From IMG/VR virus record IMGVR_UViG_3300042691_028414: 64,000 nucleotides of DNA. The stretch is one strand, 5' to 3'. Within the stretch, counting starts at the first letter, position 1; each line of letters begins with the position of its first letter. Shown piece after piece: positions 18,677 through 29,785 of this stretch. The position numbers and the translations under genes are program-made. Source of the DNA: a virus (taxonomy: Duplodnaviria; Heunggongvirae; Uroviricota; Caudoviricetes). The notes under the pieces were generated by a model, which ran no database searches, was not told the DNA's origin, and saw nothing but the letters and a program-made list of their open reading frames with translations.

Positions 18677-21600
18677 TAGTCTAATTCTGTATCTATATAT
18701 ATTTTTATAAATCTATTTAATGCGGTTTTTCCGTTTTTTAATCCAAAATAGAAATGGTTTGGTGAACCAACTAAAACTCCATTAGCCGATGGTAATACGG
18801 TAGATGGGTTAGGTTGTGCGGGTGGTACTGCGGGTGGTATTGCGGGTGGTGCTGGCGGTACCGCAAAATTTGTAATAAACCCATAATAAATGTTAGGGAA
18901 TGTCTGAGACATATCAGAAGTCTTAAAATAATCGTCCGATACTGCGTCTAAATCTTGATATCCTCTTTTATAAAAACCACCACCACTACTATCGGTATAC
19001 CATGTATTGTCTTGATTTCCAAAAATACTATTGGCGTTACTTGTGTCAATTTTCCATTTATATAATGGAACTTCTTGTGTATCAGGGTATCCTATATATG
19101 TTTGTAATGGAGGATTGGTTTGGAAACTGTAAATATTATACCCAGGTGACAATGCTCTCCTATTTCTATATTCGTTTTCACTTGTATTATAGAATATCCC
19201 AAAAACAGGTTCCCCATTTGTATTTTGTGCAACCCATATATAATCATCAGGATAGTTACCACCGATAAACGGATTGACTTGATATTCCGAATTTATTGAG
19301 AAGGATTGTGCAATATCTCCATCAATTCTATCTCCAGGTCGATTAAAGAATTGTTCAATACCACCATTTTGGATAGATAGTACTTGTTCTAAGAATGTTG
19401 AGTTTACTATTCTTGAGATTATTGCTAACTGTAATACATCTGAACTATCTTGATATGAAGTACTTTTTATTGTATTCGCTAAATATTTACCACTGAAGTC
19501 CGGATCCCCACAAATCTCTGATATAAATTCGTCTCTTTTTCCTAAATCCATAATTGTAGTTGGGAATAGAATTTGTCTTGTATTTTGTGAATCATCTTGT
19601 GGTTGATATCCTGTCAAATTAGTGAAGAAGTTACTTATGGTTGGTTGAGGTCCACCAATAAATTCACCTATATTATCCGCATATGGAGTACTTCTATAAT
19701 AGAAGTTATTACTAATATCATTAAACATTACAATATCTTCACAGAAATTATAATTAGGTTGTCCTATTATATTATACGTTGTTTGTTTATTGAATGTTGG
19801 CATATATAATGTACCGTTAATCCAATTGTTTTGGAACATATGCCCAAACACTCCTCTACAAGCTCCAAATATGATTCTAAATCTTGTTCTCCATTCCGCT
19901 AAATACTTAATGTCATCTTTAATAGTTTTCACTAATTTGTCATCAACAAAATAATAACATCCACCATTAACTCTTTTATTTACACCATTTTCTCCTGTTT
20001 GATTAAAAGTACAAGGATCTGAAACACCAAAATTAATTCCCGCACCTGAATAACATTTTAATGGAACCATTCCTTCACAACTAAATGTTTCCACAATTGT
20101 TGACGTAGATCCTGTTCCTAATTCACTAAACGCATCTAAATCATTTAATCCTTGTACTCCATCACCTGAAGCGTTAAAGTTAGTTACCTGTCCTTGTTCA
20201 TCAATTGCGTAGAATGTAAAGTTATTATTTTGATGTAATGGGAATGAGTTATATCCAACAGTATCTGTTGAGTCAGATGTAGGTAACCTATCTGATCTAA
20301 ATATTAAATTTTGACTTGGGGTTATATTTGTTGTTAATGGTATATTACCATTTGCACTCACATGATATGCAGGTGCGTAACATCTTGCTAATGGGCTGGT
20401 TGTTGAGAATACCGGTGGACCAATAAGTCCAAGTCCTCCATCATAACAAATATAGTTAATTGCATTTGTAACCGTAAATGAGCCACCATCAACTCTACCT
20501 ATAAAATCACTTAATATTGTTGTTGCACCAATAGTACTTTTCCATCTAAAAATTTGAGGTAGTCCATTACCATTCTCAACTCTACCATTTGCCTCTATCC
20601 AGTTTGACATAGGATACCCCGCATCATACGAACCGTGAATATAAGATATTGTTGATTTATCTGTTGATATGTAATATCGTGGTGAATCGGTTGTGAATGC
20701 AGTAAACGCCGAGGTATCTACCGTAAATCCTATTGGTTGATGAAATAAAAATGTATTTGAGTTTGATGTTGCTAAACTATGTGATTCAGGTGTTTGTTGA
20801 TCATAATAATATGTCGGGTTACCAGAATTTTGTTGTATCGGAATATTTAAAAAATATTCTCCCGTAACTGTTGTGGTACCCAATGGTTGTCCAAATAATT
20901 CAGATAAATCGTATTTTATTTCTTGTTTTTCAGTATATGGATCAACACCTCTAACTAATATTAAAATTTCTTGTTGTTGATAATCATTAAACCAAAACCA
21001 AGGTGGTGTGTGAGAACTTGCCGTTGGATTTAAATAGCTTATTTTATTTTGAAAGAAGTACTTCCACAACACTCCTGAATTAGTTACTGTTGATCCAACA
21101 TAGGTACCTTGTGGTTGTAATGGACCTGTGGATACAAGTTCATCCCATGTATATCCGGCAACTACTTGGAAATACTCTATACCTGATTTATATAAATATT
21201 CCTTTTCACTTTCAGTACCAACAACAGTTATATCTGATGTTATATTAACACCTAAGTCATTCATATAAGTTAAAGGTACTGTATATGTGCCAACCCCTAA
21301 TGTAGTCCCTGTTATTGCATTTCCCCCAAATTGATTTTCGGTACCACCTGTAACATTAAAGTCATTAGTATTCACCGGATTAGTAAAAGAAATTACTTTA
21401 CCCACTAACTGACTAATTGTGCCCTGATCCGCTAACATTATCATTGATAAATCTTGATATGAATTACCACCAACACCTAAAGTTGTTGTACCAACCAATG
21501 TTGGGTTTGGTGTTACTGTGATTCTGTTTCTAGCGGTAATATCAAAGTATCTCGATCTAAGATTAGCCATGTTCATTGATTGAGCCAATGTCATACCATC

Positions 21601-23940
21601 ACCAAATCTTTTAAACAATTGTCCCGAATTAGCACTAGCACCATCAGGACCTAATTCCTCCCATATTGGTACTTTATAATAAACTCTAGCGGGATTAACT
21701 GCCCCAGCAAATAATTGTTGAGAACCTTGATCCCAAGCCGTTTGGTCCGGAGTTGAGGAAAAGGTTAATCCGCAAGGATTGTTTGTGGGATTCAATGTCC
21801 AAGTACTATAACTACCTAAAGTACCTAAATCACTTAATATTGATATATTAATACCTAACGCCGCGGCATTCCAAGAACCCGCAACAGAACTTGATGTTAC
21901 CAAACTCTCATCAGGACAAGAACAAGCCTCACAATCAGGATATGTCATCATTGGTAATGATAACCTTTTGAATGGGTTATCTTCACTCATTGGTTCTAAT
22001 GTTTCTTTTTTACATTCAACATTACCTCCTAAATTTTTAACAATTTTACATATGTTATAAACAATACCATTAACTAATTTTATAACAAAGTTAGCTATTG
22101 CAACTATTATTGGATATATTAATGCCAATACGTGATTTACAACTATTATAATAACAATCATTGGTGATACTATTGCAAGTAACAAAGTGAATAAGAAGAA
22201 TATGAAGTCAAAATTCCTAACTAAATCATTAACAGGTAATTTGTTATTTTCACTCTGACAAGTTCTATTTGTAATTTCTTTAATCCCAAGATGTCTGGCT
22301 CTATTGCTACCATTTTTATACCTATCAATAAATGAACTTACGGTATAAACTTTATTGTAATGAAATTTATAAAAACTATCCTCACAATCAATTGCCGCTT
22401 GAGTATCATAATAATCATCCCAATCTAAACTGAATGCGTAAGATCTTAATAGGTTAAATAGTGGTTCGTCATATATTGTGAACACAATATCAATAGGTTG
22501 TGTATTATCTATTGGTATTGCATTAAATGTAATTATATTGTTGACATTGGGTAATGGTACACTATCCAAACTACCATAATATGGAACTCCGTTTACTTCA
22601 ATTGTTAATTGTTGTGTATTTACCACACTATTAAGAAAGAACCCCCCTCTAGGTATTGGTCCAACAGACAATGATGTTGATCCAACAGGTATTGACGCTT
22701 GATATTCACTTGTATATGTATCAGAATTTTTAAATGGATCATTATTCTCATCAGTACTATTCCATCCGTGTTCTTTAATATTAGGTACCAAATAGTTACC
22801 TCTCATAAAGTTATTTTGCAAACCCTCTTCGTTTTGCCACTTAATTTTAAATCTGTACTTTGAAGTGGTTGGTATTCCCACTTTTGGATCGTTAGATAAT
22901 ACCTGTTCACCAAATTCATTTGTTGTTACATAATCCAAATTCATTGGTAAATTAACCAACCAAGTACCCTCACCATCAATTATCTTACCATCCTGTTCTA
23001 ATCTATATTGTTCAAGAACAGGATATCCATTATCATCAGTATTAATTGTTTGTCTAATTGCCAATATTTGTCCAGGACCCGCAATTAGTTCACACATATT
23101 TCCTGTGTTAATCTTTGGTTTACAACTTTTCTTAACCGCATCCTCATTTGTTGTTGAGAACATTGAACCCATAAACACAGAAGTCGGTTGTATGTTTACA
23201 TTAGCAGATGCCGTTAAATCAAAATCAACTCTTGTGATACCCAATAAACAAATTTCAGGTTCACCCCATAATGGTTGTACTTGAACTATTTTATTTAATG
23301 TTTTAACTTGTGGTAATTCTCGTAAGTTGGTTGAAGTTTTGAACTTGTTCCCATCAACTTGAGTTTCTGTTGCTAATCCTGAGTTAATTAAATCTTGTGG
23401 TGATAATGAGAAACACCCAATATCGGATAAATCAACATCCATAAATATTGTTTGTTCTCCAGTTGGTACCCCAAATATCATATAGTCACCACTTTCATTT
23501 GTTTTTACAGTAAACTTATAATATTTGTCGTATACCTCAACTAATGCTGCATCGGTTAAAACATCCTCTCTACTTGGAAATGTACCTGTTGCTGAATGTC
23601 CTTGATATGAAGGTTCATAAGGTAATAAATTATATCTATAACCATCGTCATTTAAATCATCAATGTTTTTATATGGATATAATTGAGAAATAATTGGGTT
23701 TTGTTCATCTTCGTCAGTTATTGGGATGAACACCGATACTTTAGCGTTTGGTACCCCAAAACCTCCGTTAACTAATACTCTACCTACAACAACACCGTAA
23801 TCAGAACACATACGAGTGTATATATCATTTTGAAATATCTTCAAAGATAAAATCTCCAAGTATTCAAAATCCTGATCTAATTGTATTTTTATGGATTTAT
23901 CTACACCTGGCTCGGTTCTAATTCTATATGATTTTGGCAT
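18676..23940 (-). CDS. Large virion protein with N-terminal carboxypeptidase-regulatory/prealbumin-like beta domain and internal hydrophobic segment
   Basis: GVVVGRVLVNGGFGVPNAKVSVF and VKTNESGDYMIFGVPTG motifs; a ~50-aa hydrophobic stretch; follows the wedge gene. Confidence 0.5.
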   Translation of the reverse strand: MPKSYRIRTEPGVDKSIKIQLDQDFEYLEILSLKIFQNDIYTRMCSDYGVVVGRVLVNGGFGVPNAKVSVFIPITDEDEQNPIISQLYPYKNIDDLNDDGYRYNLLPYEPSYQGHSATGTFPSREDVLTDAALVEVYDKYYKFTVKTNESGDYMIFGVPTGEQTIFMDVDLSDIGCFSLSPQDLINSGLATETQVDGNKFKTSTNLRELPQVKTLNKIVQVQPLWGEPEICLLGITRVDFDLTASANVNIQPTSVFMGSMFSTTNEDAVKKSCKPKINTGNMCELIAGPGQILAIRQTINTDDNGYPVLEQYRLEQDGKIIDGEGTWLVNLPMNLDYVTTNEFGEQVLSNDPKVGIPTTSKYRFKIKWQNEEGLQNNFMRGNYLVPNIKEHGWNSTDENNDPFKNSDTYTSEYQASIPVGSTSLSVGPIPRGGFFLNSVVNTQQLTIEVNGVPYYGSLDSVPLPNVNNIITFNAIPIDNTQPIDIVFTIYDEPLFNLLRSYAFSLDWDDYYDTQAAIDCEDSFYKFHYNKVYTVSSFIDRYKNGSNRARHLGIKEITNRTCQSENNKLPVNDLVRNFDFIFFLFTLLLAIVSPMIVIIIVVNHVLALIYPIIVAIANFVIKLVNGIVYNICKIVKNLGGNVECKKETLEPMSEDNPFKRLSLPMMTYPDCEACSCPDESLVTSSSVAGSWNAAALGINISILSDLGTLGSYSTWTLNPTNNPCGLTFSSTPDQTAWDQGSQQLFAGAVNPARVYYKVPIWEELGPDGASANSGQLFKRFGDGMTLAQSMNMANLRSRYFDITARNRITVTPNPTLVGTTTLGVGGNSYQDLSMIMLADQGTISQLVGKVISFTNPVNTNDFNVTGGTENQFGGNAITGTTLGVGTYTVPLTYMNDLGVNITSDITVVGTESEKEYLYKSGIEYFQVVAGYTWDELVSTGPLQPQGTYVGSTVTNSGVLWKYFFQNKISYLNPTASSHTPPWFWFNDYQQQEILILVRGVDPYTEKQEIKYDLSELFGQPLGTTTVTGEYFLNIPIQQNSGNPTYYYDQQTPESHSLATSNSNTFLFHQPIGFTVDTSAFTAFTTDSPRYYISTDKSTISYIHGSYDAGYPMSNWIEANGRVENGNGLPQIFRWKSTIGATTILSDFIGRVDGGSFTVTNAINYICYDGGLGLIGPPVFSTTSPLARCYAPAYHVSANGNIPLTTNITPSQNLIFRSDRLPTSDSTDTVGYNSFPLHQNNNFTFYAIDEQGQVTNFNASGDGVQGLNDLDAFSELGTGSTSTIVETFSCEGMVPLKCYSGAGINFGVSDPCTFNQTGENGVNKRVNGGCYYFVDDKLVKTIKDDIKYLAEWRTRFRIIFGACRGVFGHMFQNNWINGTLYMPTFNKQTTYNIIGQPNYNFCEDIVMFNDISNNFYYRSTPYADNIGEFIGGPQPTISNFFTNLTGYQPQDDSQNTRQILFPTTIMDLGKRDEFISEICGDPDFSGKYLANTIKSTSYQDSSDVLQLAIISRIVNSTFLEQVLSIQNGGIEQFFNRPGDRIDGDIAQSFSINSEYQVNPFIGGNYPDDYIWVAQNTNGEPVFGIFYNTSENEYRNRRALSPGYNIYSFQTNPPLQTYIGYPDTQEVPLYKWKIDTSNANSIFGNQDNTWYTDSSGGGFYKRGYQDLDAVSDDYFKTSDMSQTFPNIYYGFITNFAVPPAPPAIPPAVPPAQPNPSTVLPSANGVLVGSPNHFYFGLKNGKTALNRFIKIYIDTELD

Positions 23941-24012
23941 TAAATTCTTTTTTTGATAAATAGTTTATTTCCTATTTTCAAAAAATAATTCTTTTATTCT
24001 AAAAATAAATCA

Positions 24013-25851
24013 TCAAGAGAAATTCACCGTTTTTAAATTAAGAACTCTAACATTAATATCTTTATTTGGATATCTAATTTGGTAAATTTGAGTTGGTTCT
24101 GCAAATATAGTGTCAGTAATTAATCCAATCTCTTTAGTTGCCGAATCAGAGTAAGGTTGTGATGTTTGTGATGATGAATATTGTCCTCCAACATTATTAA
24201 TAAAACTTATATCGGAAATACTAATAACCCCATTTTCATTTTGAATTAATCGTCTTATTTCGGATACATAAACATTCTCACCCATCTGTCTTTGTAATGG
24301 ACTAAAATAGTTTGATATAATATCAATTATTTTAGTAACTACCGCACCTTGATTTTGACTCGCATCTAATACTACATCAACATTAACACTTAAGTCAATA
24401 ACATTTGCAGTTTCAATTGAGATATAGTCATTTATCATTCTATAATTAGAAAGGTAATTGGCGACATTATTTTTTAATGTATTTGATATTACTTCAGTTA
24501 ATTTACCTTCAGCGTCGTAAGATAACATTTTAATTTTAATTTTGTTGTTTTCTTCCGTAATTGCAACTTTACCAGGTGCCCCAAATTGTGACGGCATATT
24601 TCTTAAAATGGATTCATAATCATTTATAGTTACCGCTCTATTTTGTGCGGCAAAATTATATGTCACATATTGTCTAACTTCTTCTGTTGATGGAGCATTT
24701 GCCCCTCCAATTGCCGCAGTAACATTATTACATGATAATGAATTAATAACAGTAGTATTTACGGATTGTGACGGTCCATTCACATAAAATGAAACGGTAC
24801 CTATTTGATTTATAATATTAACACCTAAATTCGTTCCTTGTCCACCACCGACTCTATATTGTATGAATAGTGTTGAGTTAGATTTTAAAGCCGCACCCAA
24901 AGCTAAATTATTAATATATTTACTTAAATCTAATTGATATCCATTTCTTGCAAAATCTCTTAATTGTTCGTCTGCAGAAACATTACCACCACCAAAAGTT
25001 AATTTCATAAACCCTTCAGGTGTATATTCAGTAATTAATTTATTATCTGTGGTTATGTATTTACCGACTTTAACTCCTGGTTGATCAGATACCTTTGTAG
25101 GGTCTTCAATAAACACTCTATTCTCAACTAAAGCAGGTACTTCATACCATCTATTTTCTAAACCTAAAAACTCCTGTGGACTTGGTACCGTAGAATATTG
25201 TGTACCATCTTTTAATAATACACTTGTGATTCCCAATACATTTTTTTCAGGTAAGAAAAGTTCAAAGAATGGTTTAACATCATTTGGAGTTACAACTCTT
25301 CTAAATACTTTTGTTACTCCATTAACTACCACTTCTCTTTTTACAATTGTATAGTTAACTAATTTACCACTACCATCAAAATTAGGTATTTTTAATCTAT
25401 TTGGTGATCCTTCAGCATTAATTGCCGATGCAAAATCAATATCATATACAGTTTCAAAAGGTTGTCCAGCACCATTAACTTGTGAACCTCTTCTCAAAAT
25501 ACCACAATATCTTAAATCTTCTCTATCCCCAAACGCAGGAACTGTAATTGAGAAGTCAACCAATGCAACTGAAGGTCTCAACCCAGGTATTTTTAAACCA
25601 TAAGTTCTTGCAATATTATAGATTGATGATTTTTGTTGTGCGTATTGTAATACGGTTTCTTGGATACTTCTATCAATATTAAAATGTAGGTTGTCGGTTA
25701 CTGCGGCATTTAAGTCTAACATTACCGAAAATATTCCAGCATCATTAAAATTCTGAACTAAATCAGGATAATAAGTTCTTGTAAAATTTATTAACTCAGT
25801 TCTTATCCCCTGAAAATCTCTCGTTGTGTACGATATTTTTTTATTTGCCAT
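24013..25851 (-). CDS. Baseplate wedge subunit (T4 gp6 / baseplate J-like)
   Basis: YTTRDFQGIRTELINF N-terminus, YRVGGG, AAIGGANA and AQNRAVTINDYE are hallmark gp6/gpJ motifs; adjacent to gp25-like gene. Confidence 0.85.
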   Translation of the reverse strand: MANKKISYTTRDFQGIRTELINFTRTYYPDLVQNFNDAGIFSVMLDLNAAVTDNLHFNIDRSIQETVLQYAQQKSSIYNIARTYGLKIPGLRPSVALVDFSITVPAFGDREDLRYCGILRRGSQVNGAGQPFETVYDIDFASAINAEGSPNRLKIPNFDGSGKLVNYTIVKREVVVNGVTKVFRRVVTPNDVKPFFELFLPEKNVLGITSVLLKDGTQYSTVPSPQEFLGLENRWYEVPALVENRVFIEDPTKVSDQPGVKVGKYITTDNKLITEYTPEGFMKLTFGGGNVSADEQLRDFARNGYQLDLSKYINNLALGAALKSNSTLFIQYRVGGGQGTNLGVNIINQIGTVSFYVNGPSQSVNTTVINSLSCNNVTAAIGGANAPSTEEVRQYVTYNFAAQNRAVTINDYESILRNMPSQFGAPGKVAITEENNKIKIKMLSYDAEGKLTEVISNTLKNNVANYLSNYRMINDYISIETANVIDLSVNVDVVLDASQNQGAVVTKIIDIISNYFSPLQRQMGENVYVSEIRRLIQNENGVISISDISFINNVGGQYSSSQTSQPYSDSATKEIGLITDTIFAEPTQIYQIRYPNKDINVRVLNLKTVNFS

Positions 25852-25857
25852 ATACTA

Positions 25858-26316
25858 TTAAATATTAATAATAACAAAATCACTTGATTCAAAAGCGGTA
25901 TTAGTCGTTTTATAATCAATTCTAATTTTTGCCGTGTGTTCTAATTGTGATATATTTGAGACAGTATATTCTCTTTTATCCTCACCATTTATGTATGTTC
26001 CTTTATTTTCTTCTTCCATTGAGGCATCTGTTATTTTAACATTAGTAACAGTTAAACCTGGCATATAAGTTGATACCGAATCTCTAATCTCTGATTCTAT
26101 TTCCGAAAATGTAGGTCCATCCAATGGTTCAAAAATATATTCATATAGTCTAGTACCAAAATCAGGTAAAAAATACCTAGTACCTTTTCTTGTTAAAAGT
26201 AAATGAATAAGATTACTCCTCACTTCTTCATCTGTTGTATCAGAACAATCTAAATACTTTCCCACATACGAATTTTGAAAGGGGAAATTTATTCCATATG
26301 TTACTCCATTTGCCAT
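25858..26316 (-). CDS. Baseplate wedge subunit (T4 gp25 / GPW-gp25 family)
   Basis: YGINFPF...VRSNLIHLLLTRKGTRYFLPDFGTRLYEYIFEP is a gp25 signature. Confidence 0.9.
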   Translation of the reverse strand: MANGVTYGINFPFQNSYVGKYLDCSDTTDEEVRSNLIHLLLTRKGTRYFLPDFGTRLYEYIFEPLDGPTFSEIESEIRDSVSTYMPGLTVTNVKITDASMEEENKGTYINGEDKREYTVSNISQLEHTAKIRIDYKTTNTAFESSDFVIINI

Positions 26317-26349
26317 ATCTAATAAATATAATGTTGGGAAGTTTTATAT

Positions 26350-26379
26350 AAATAAAAAATCCCAACATAAGTCGGGATT
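26350..26379 (-). terminator. Intrinsic terminator after nrdA
   Basis: Minus strand AATCCCGAC-TTAT-GTTGGGATT then TTTTATTT. Confidence 0.75.
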
Positions 26380-26384
26380 ATATT

Positions 26385-28814
26385 TTAGGATGAACATCCA
26401 AAACAATCAAATTCACTATTTTCAGGTTTTGGTGGTAGATTCATGTTTGAATAGTCCACTTTGGGAACAAATGGTGTTGCTTTTGGTTTTTCTACTTTTG
26501 ACATATCAACCGCCAAGTGTTTTGCCCCTGTGGAAATTGCCTTGGTTCTAACATAATAACAAAGAGTTTTCAAACCTTTTTCCCACGAGTGGAAATGTGA
26601 TGATGTAATCTTTGACAATGTTGGGTTCGCCATATAGATATTCATTGATTGTGATTGATCAATAAATGGTGCTCTGTCTGCCGCCATATCAATCAATTCT
26701 CTTTGTGAAATCTCCCAAATTGTTTTATACTTTGGAATCAAATGCTCAATTCGTTTAACTTTCTTATTGTAGTGTTTATCTTCAGTATCTAAATAATTGT
26801 TAAAGTTAATGTTTTGAATCGATCCCTCATTGATAATAATTTCATTCTTCAAATCCTCAGACCAAATACCCATTTTTTCAAAGTCATTAATGAGGTATTT
26901 ATTCACAATCATAATTTCACCACCTACCACTCTTCTGTTAAACAATGCTGAATGTGCGGGTTCTGTCATTTCAAATGAACCTGTAATTTTCGCTGAAGAT
27001 GCTACAGGCATTTGTGCCGTGAATAATGAATTACATACCCCAAATTCTTTTACATCTTCTTTAAGTTGGTTCCAATCCCAGTATCCTGATAAATCACTTT
27101 CATTCAATCCCCACATATCAAATTGGAATATACCTTGTGACATTGGCGATCCTTCAAAGAATTTATATGGTAGATACTCCCCATTTTTACAAAGTTTATT
27201 ACTTTCATAGATAGCACCGTAATAAATGGTTTCAAAAATTTGTTTATTTAAGATTCTTGCTTCTTCTTCGGTGAATATTAAATCAAGTAGATAAAATACA
27301 TCTGCCAATCCTTGAGTTCCAATTGCAATTGCTCGTTGTTCTAACCCACCTTTTAACCCTTTGTCTGTTGAGTAACTATTAATGTTAACGACTTTATTTA
27401 ACGCTCTAACCACTTTTCTAACTTCAGTAAAAAGTAATTGGAAATCAAACTTATTACCTTGAATGAAGTTCTTCAATACCATTGAGGACAATGTACAAAT
27501 TGCAGTAGTCTCTTCGTCAGTATATTGGTATATTTCATTACACAAGTTTGACTGTTTAATCACACCGATATTTTGGTGGTTAGTCTTTCTATTAGCACTA
27601 TCTTTAGAACATAAATAAGGAACACCAGTCTCAACTTGTGATTCAATAATTTTAGTCCAAACATCTTGAGCTTTAACTTTTTTACCTAAACCAAGTGCCA
27701 CCGCTTCACGATAAACACTTTCATATTCATCACCATAACATTCTTGTAATGGTTTAAGTCCAGATTTATTAATGTCGTTAGGACAGAACAAATACCAATC
27801 ACCATTATTTTTAACGGCTCTCATAAAGTTATCAGGAATCCAAAGTGCGGTAAACAAATCTCTCGCTCTTAATTCTTCAGCACCTGTATTCTTTTTGATG
27901 TCAAGAAGATCCATAATATCTTTATGCCAAGGTTCTAAATAAATTGCTGCCGACCCAGGTCTTCTACCTTGTTGATTAAAGAATCGTAAAGATTCGTTAA
28001 CAATTTTAAGGTATTTCAATAAACCACCAGCATAACCACCTGAACTATTAATACGACTTTCTTTACTTCTTTGATTTGACATACACAATCCAATACCCGC
28101 AGCATCCGCAGAATAAGTTGAGATATCATTCAATGTTTCCAACAATCCCATTCTTGAGTCAGAGTTGTTGTAATGTAACACACAAGACGCCAATTGAGGA
28201 ATTTTTGTTCCTGAATTAATCATAATTGGTGTTGCGGGTGATATACGTTGTTCAGACAACGACTTATAATAATCAAAAGCCTCTTCCATTGTATTGGTTA
28301 CCCACAACGCAACTCTCATATACATATGTTGTGGTCGTTCAATTACCTTACCTGTTGGTCGTTTCAACAAATACATTTCTTGTAATGATCTCCAAGCAAA
28401 ATAATCAAAGTTATAGTCGTTATCGTGATTGATTACCGCATCAATAATCTCAGCACCATATTCATTAATTGTGTTAATTAATTTTTCATTAACCACTCCA
28501 TCATCATACAACAATTCCATAGTTTGTGAAAAACTATCATTAGTTTCTTTATGATATGAAGATATTGCAACTGAAGATGCTAACCTTGAATAGTCGTGGT
28601 GACTACCAGTATAAGCCGCAGCAATCTCATATACAAGTTTATCTAATTCTTTTGTTGTTATTTCTCCTTCAGTTGGTACCGAGGTAATAACCTTAATGAA
28701 TATTTCGTCCGAATTAACATTCAAACCTTTTGATGCTCGTTTTACACGATTGTAAATTTTTTGTGGGTTAAATGCAACCGAATCCCCACCTCTTTTAATA
28801 ATTTTTAATGACAT
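26385..28814 (-). CDS. nrdA: Ribonucleoside-diphosphate reductase class Ia alpha subunit with ATP cone
   Basis: IIKRGG ATP cone, SPATP, QLASC, QSNLCNEI, AICTL, MPVASSA, GLKTLCYY and C-terminal CFGCSS. Confidence 0.97.
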   Translation of the reverse strand: MSLKIIKRGGDSVAFNPQKIYNRVKRASKGLNVNSDEIFIKVITSVPTEGEITTKELDKLVYEIAAAYTGSHHDYSRLASSVAISSYHKETNDSFSQTMELLYDDGVVNEKLINTINEYGAEIIDAVINHDNDYNFDYFAWRSLQEMYLLKRPTGKVIERPQHMYMRVALWVTNTMEEAFDYYKSLSEQRISPATPIMINSGTKIPQLASCVLHYNNSDSRMGLLETLNDISTYSADAAGIGLCMSNQRSKESRINSSGGYAGGLLKYLKIVNESLRFFNQQGRRPGSAAIYLEPWHKDIMDLLDIKKNTGAEELRARDLFTALWIPDNFMRAVKNNGDWYLFCPNDINKSGLKPLQECYGDEYESVYREAVALGLGKKVKAQDVWTKIIESQVETGVPYLCSKDSANRKTNHQNIGVIKQSNLCNEIYQYTDEETTAICTLSSMVLKNFIQGNKFDFQLLFTEVRKVVRALNKVVNINSYSTDKGLKGGLEQRAIAIGTQGLADVFYLLDLIFTEEEARILNKQIFETIYYGAIYESNKLCKNGEYLPYKFFEGSPMSQGIFQFDMWGLNESDLSGYWDWNQLKEDVKEFGVCNSLFTAQMPVASSAKITGSFEMTEPAHSALFNRRVVGGEIMIVNKYLINDFEKMGIWSEDLKNEIIINEGSIQNINFNNYLDTEDKHYNKKVKRIEHLIPKYKTIWEISQRELIDMAADRAPFIDQSQSMNIYMANPTLSKITSSHFHSWEKGLKTLCYYVRTKAISTGAKHLAVDMSKVEKPKATPFVPKVDYSNMNLPPKPENSEFDCFGCSS

Positions 28815-28828
28815 AATTTTTTATTTTT

Positions 28829-29779
28829 TTAGAAATCGTCTGTAAATGAAATTGTTTCGTTCAATTTTGCTTTTTGGTATTCCATTGTTCTTGATTCAAA
28901 GAAGTTACCTTTTGTTTCAACCGCAATTTGTTCCATAAACTTGAATGGTTGTTCAACATTAAATTGTTTCTTACATCCAAACTTAACCAATAATCCATCA
29001 ACAACAAACTCAAGGTATTGTTTCATCAAGTTAGAGTTCATACCGATAAGTGATACTGGTAGTGATTCTGTGATGAATTCTTTTTCAATTTCAAGTGCCG
29101 ATAATAAAATCTCTTTAATTCGTTTTTCAGACGGTTTGTTTTCGCAATGGTTATTCAACAAGTGAATTGCAAAATCACAATGTAAGTTTTCATCTTTAAA
29201 GATTAATGAATTCGCATTACATAATCCTTGCATGATACCTCTTGATTTCAACCAAAAGATTGAGCAGAATGAACCTGAGAAGAAAATTCCTTCAACCGCT
29301 GCGAATGCTACCAATCGTTCTTGGAATGACGCATTTTCAATCCAATCCAACGCCCATTTTGCTTTCTTCTGAACTGCAGGTAATCTGTCAATTGCATTGA
29401 AACATTCGTCTTTTTCTTTAGCGTTACTGATATAGGTATCAATCAACAATGAGTACATTAGTGAGTGAATATTTTCCATTGCCAACTGGAATCCGTAGAA
29501 GAATTTTGCTTCAGGATATTGTACTTCTCGGTAGAAATTTTCCGCCAAGTTTTCGTTAACAATACCATCAGATGCTGCAAAGAATGATAATACATTTTTA
29601 ACAAAATATTTTTCATTATCAGTTAATTTTTCCCAATCACGAATATCATTGGTTAAATCAACTTCTTCAGCAGTCCAAAATGCCGCTTGATGTTGTTTGT
29701 AATATTCCCAAATATCGTTGTGCTCAATAGGGAATATAACAAATCTTGAGGGGTTAGTTTTTAAAATTTTCTCTTCCAT
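28829..29779 (-). CDS. nrdB: Ribonucleoside-diphosphate reductase class Ia beta subunit
   Basis: [45 protein letters not shown] and KGNFFE. Confidence 0.97.
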   Translation of the reverse strand: MEEKILKTNPSRFVIFPIEHNDIWEYYKQHQAAFWTAEEVDLTNDIRDWEKLTDNEKYFVKNVLSFFAASDGIVNENLAENFYREVQYPEAKFFYGFQLAMENIHSLMYSLLIDTYISNAKEKDECFNAIDRLPAVQKKAKWALDWIENASFQERLVAFAAVEGIFFSGSFCSIFWLKSRGIMQGLCNANSLIFKDENLHCDFAIHLLNNHCENKPSEKRIKEILLSALEIEKEFITESLPVSLIGMNSNLMKQYLEFVVDGLLVKFGCKKQFNVEQPFKFMEQIAVETKGNFFESRTMEYQKAKLNETISFTDDF

Positions 29780-29785
29780 TTTTTT

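Noticed and set aside
18815-18865. 12-bp GC-rich tandem repeats (PPAPPAIPPAVPPA)
   Set aside because: A short low-complexity coding linker with no further structure.
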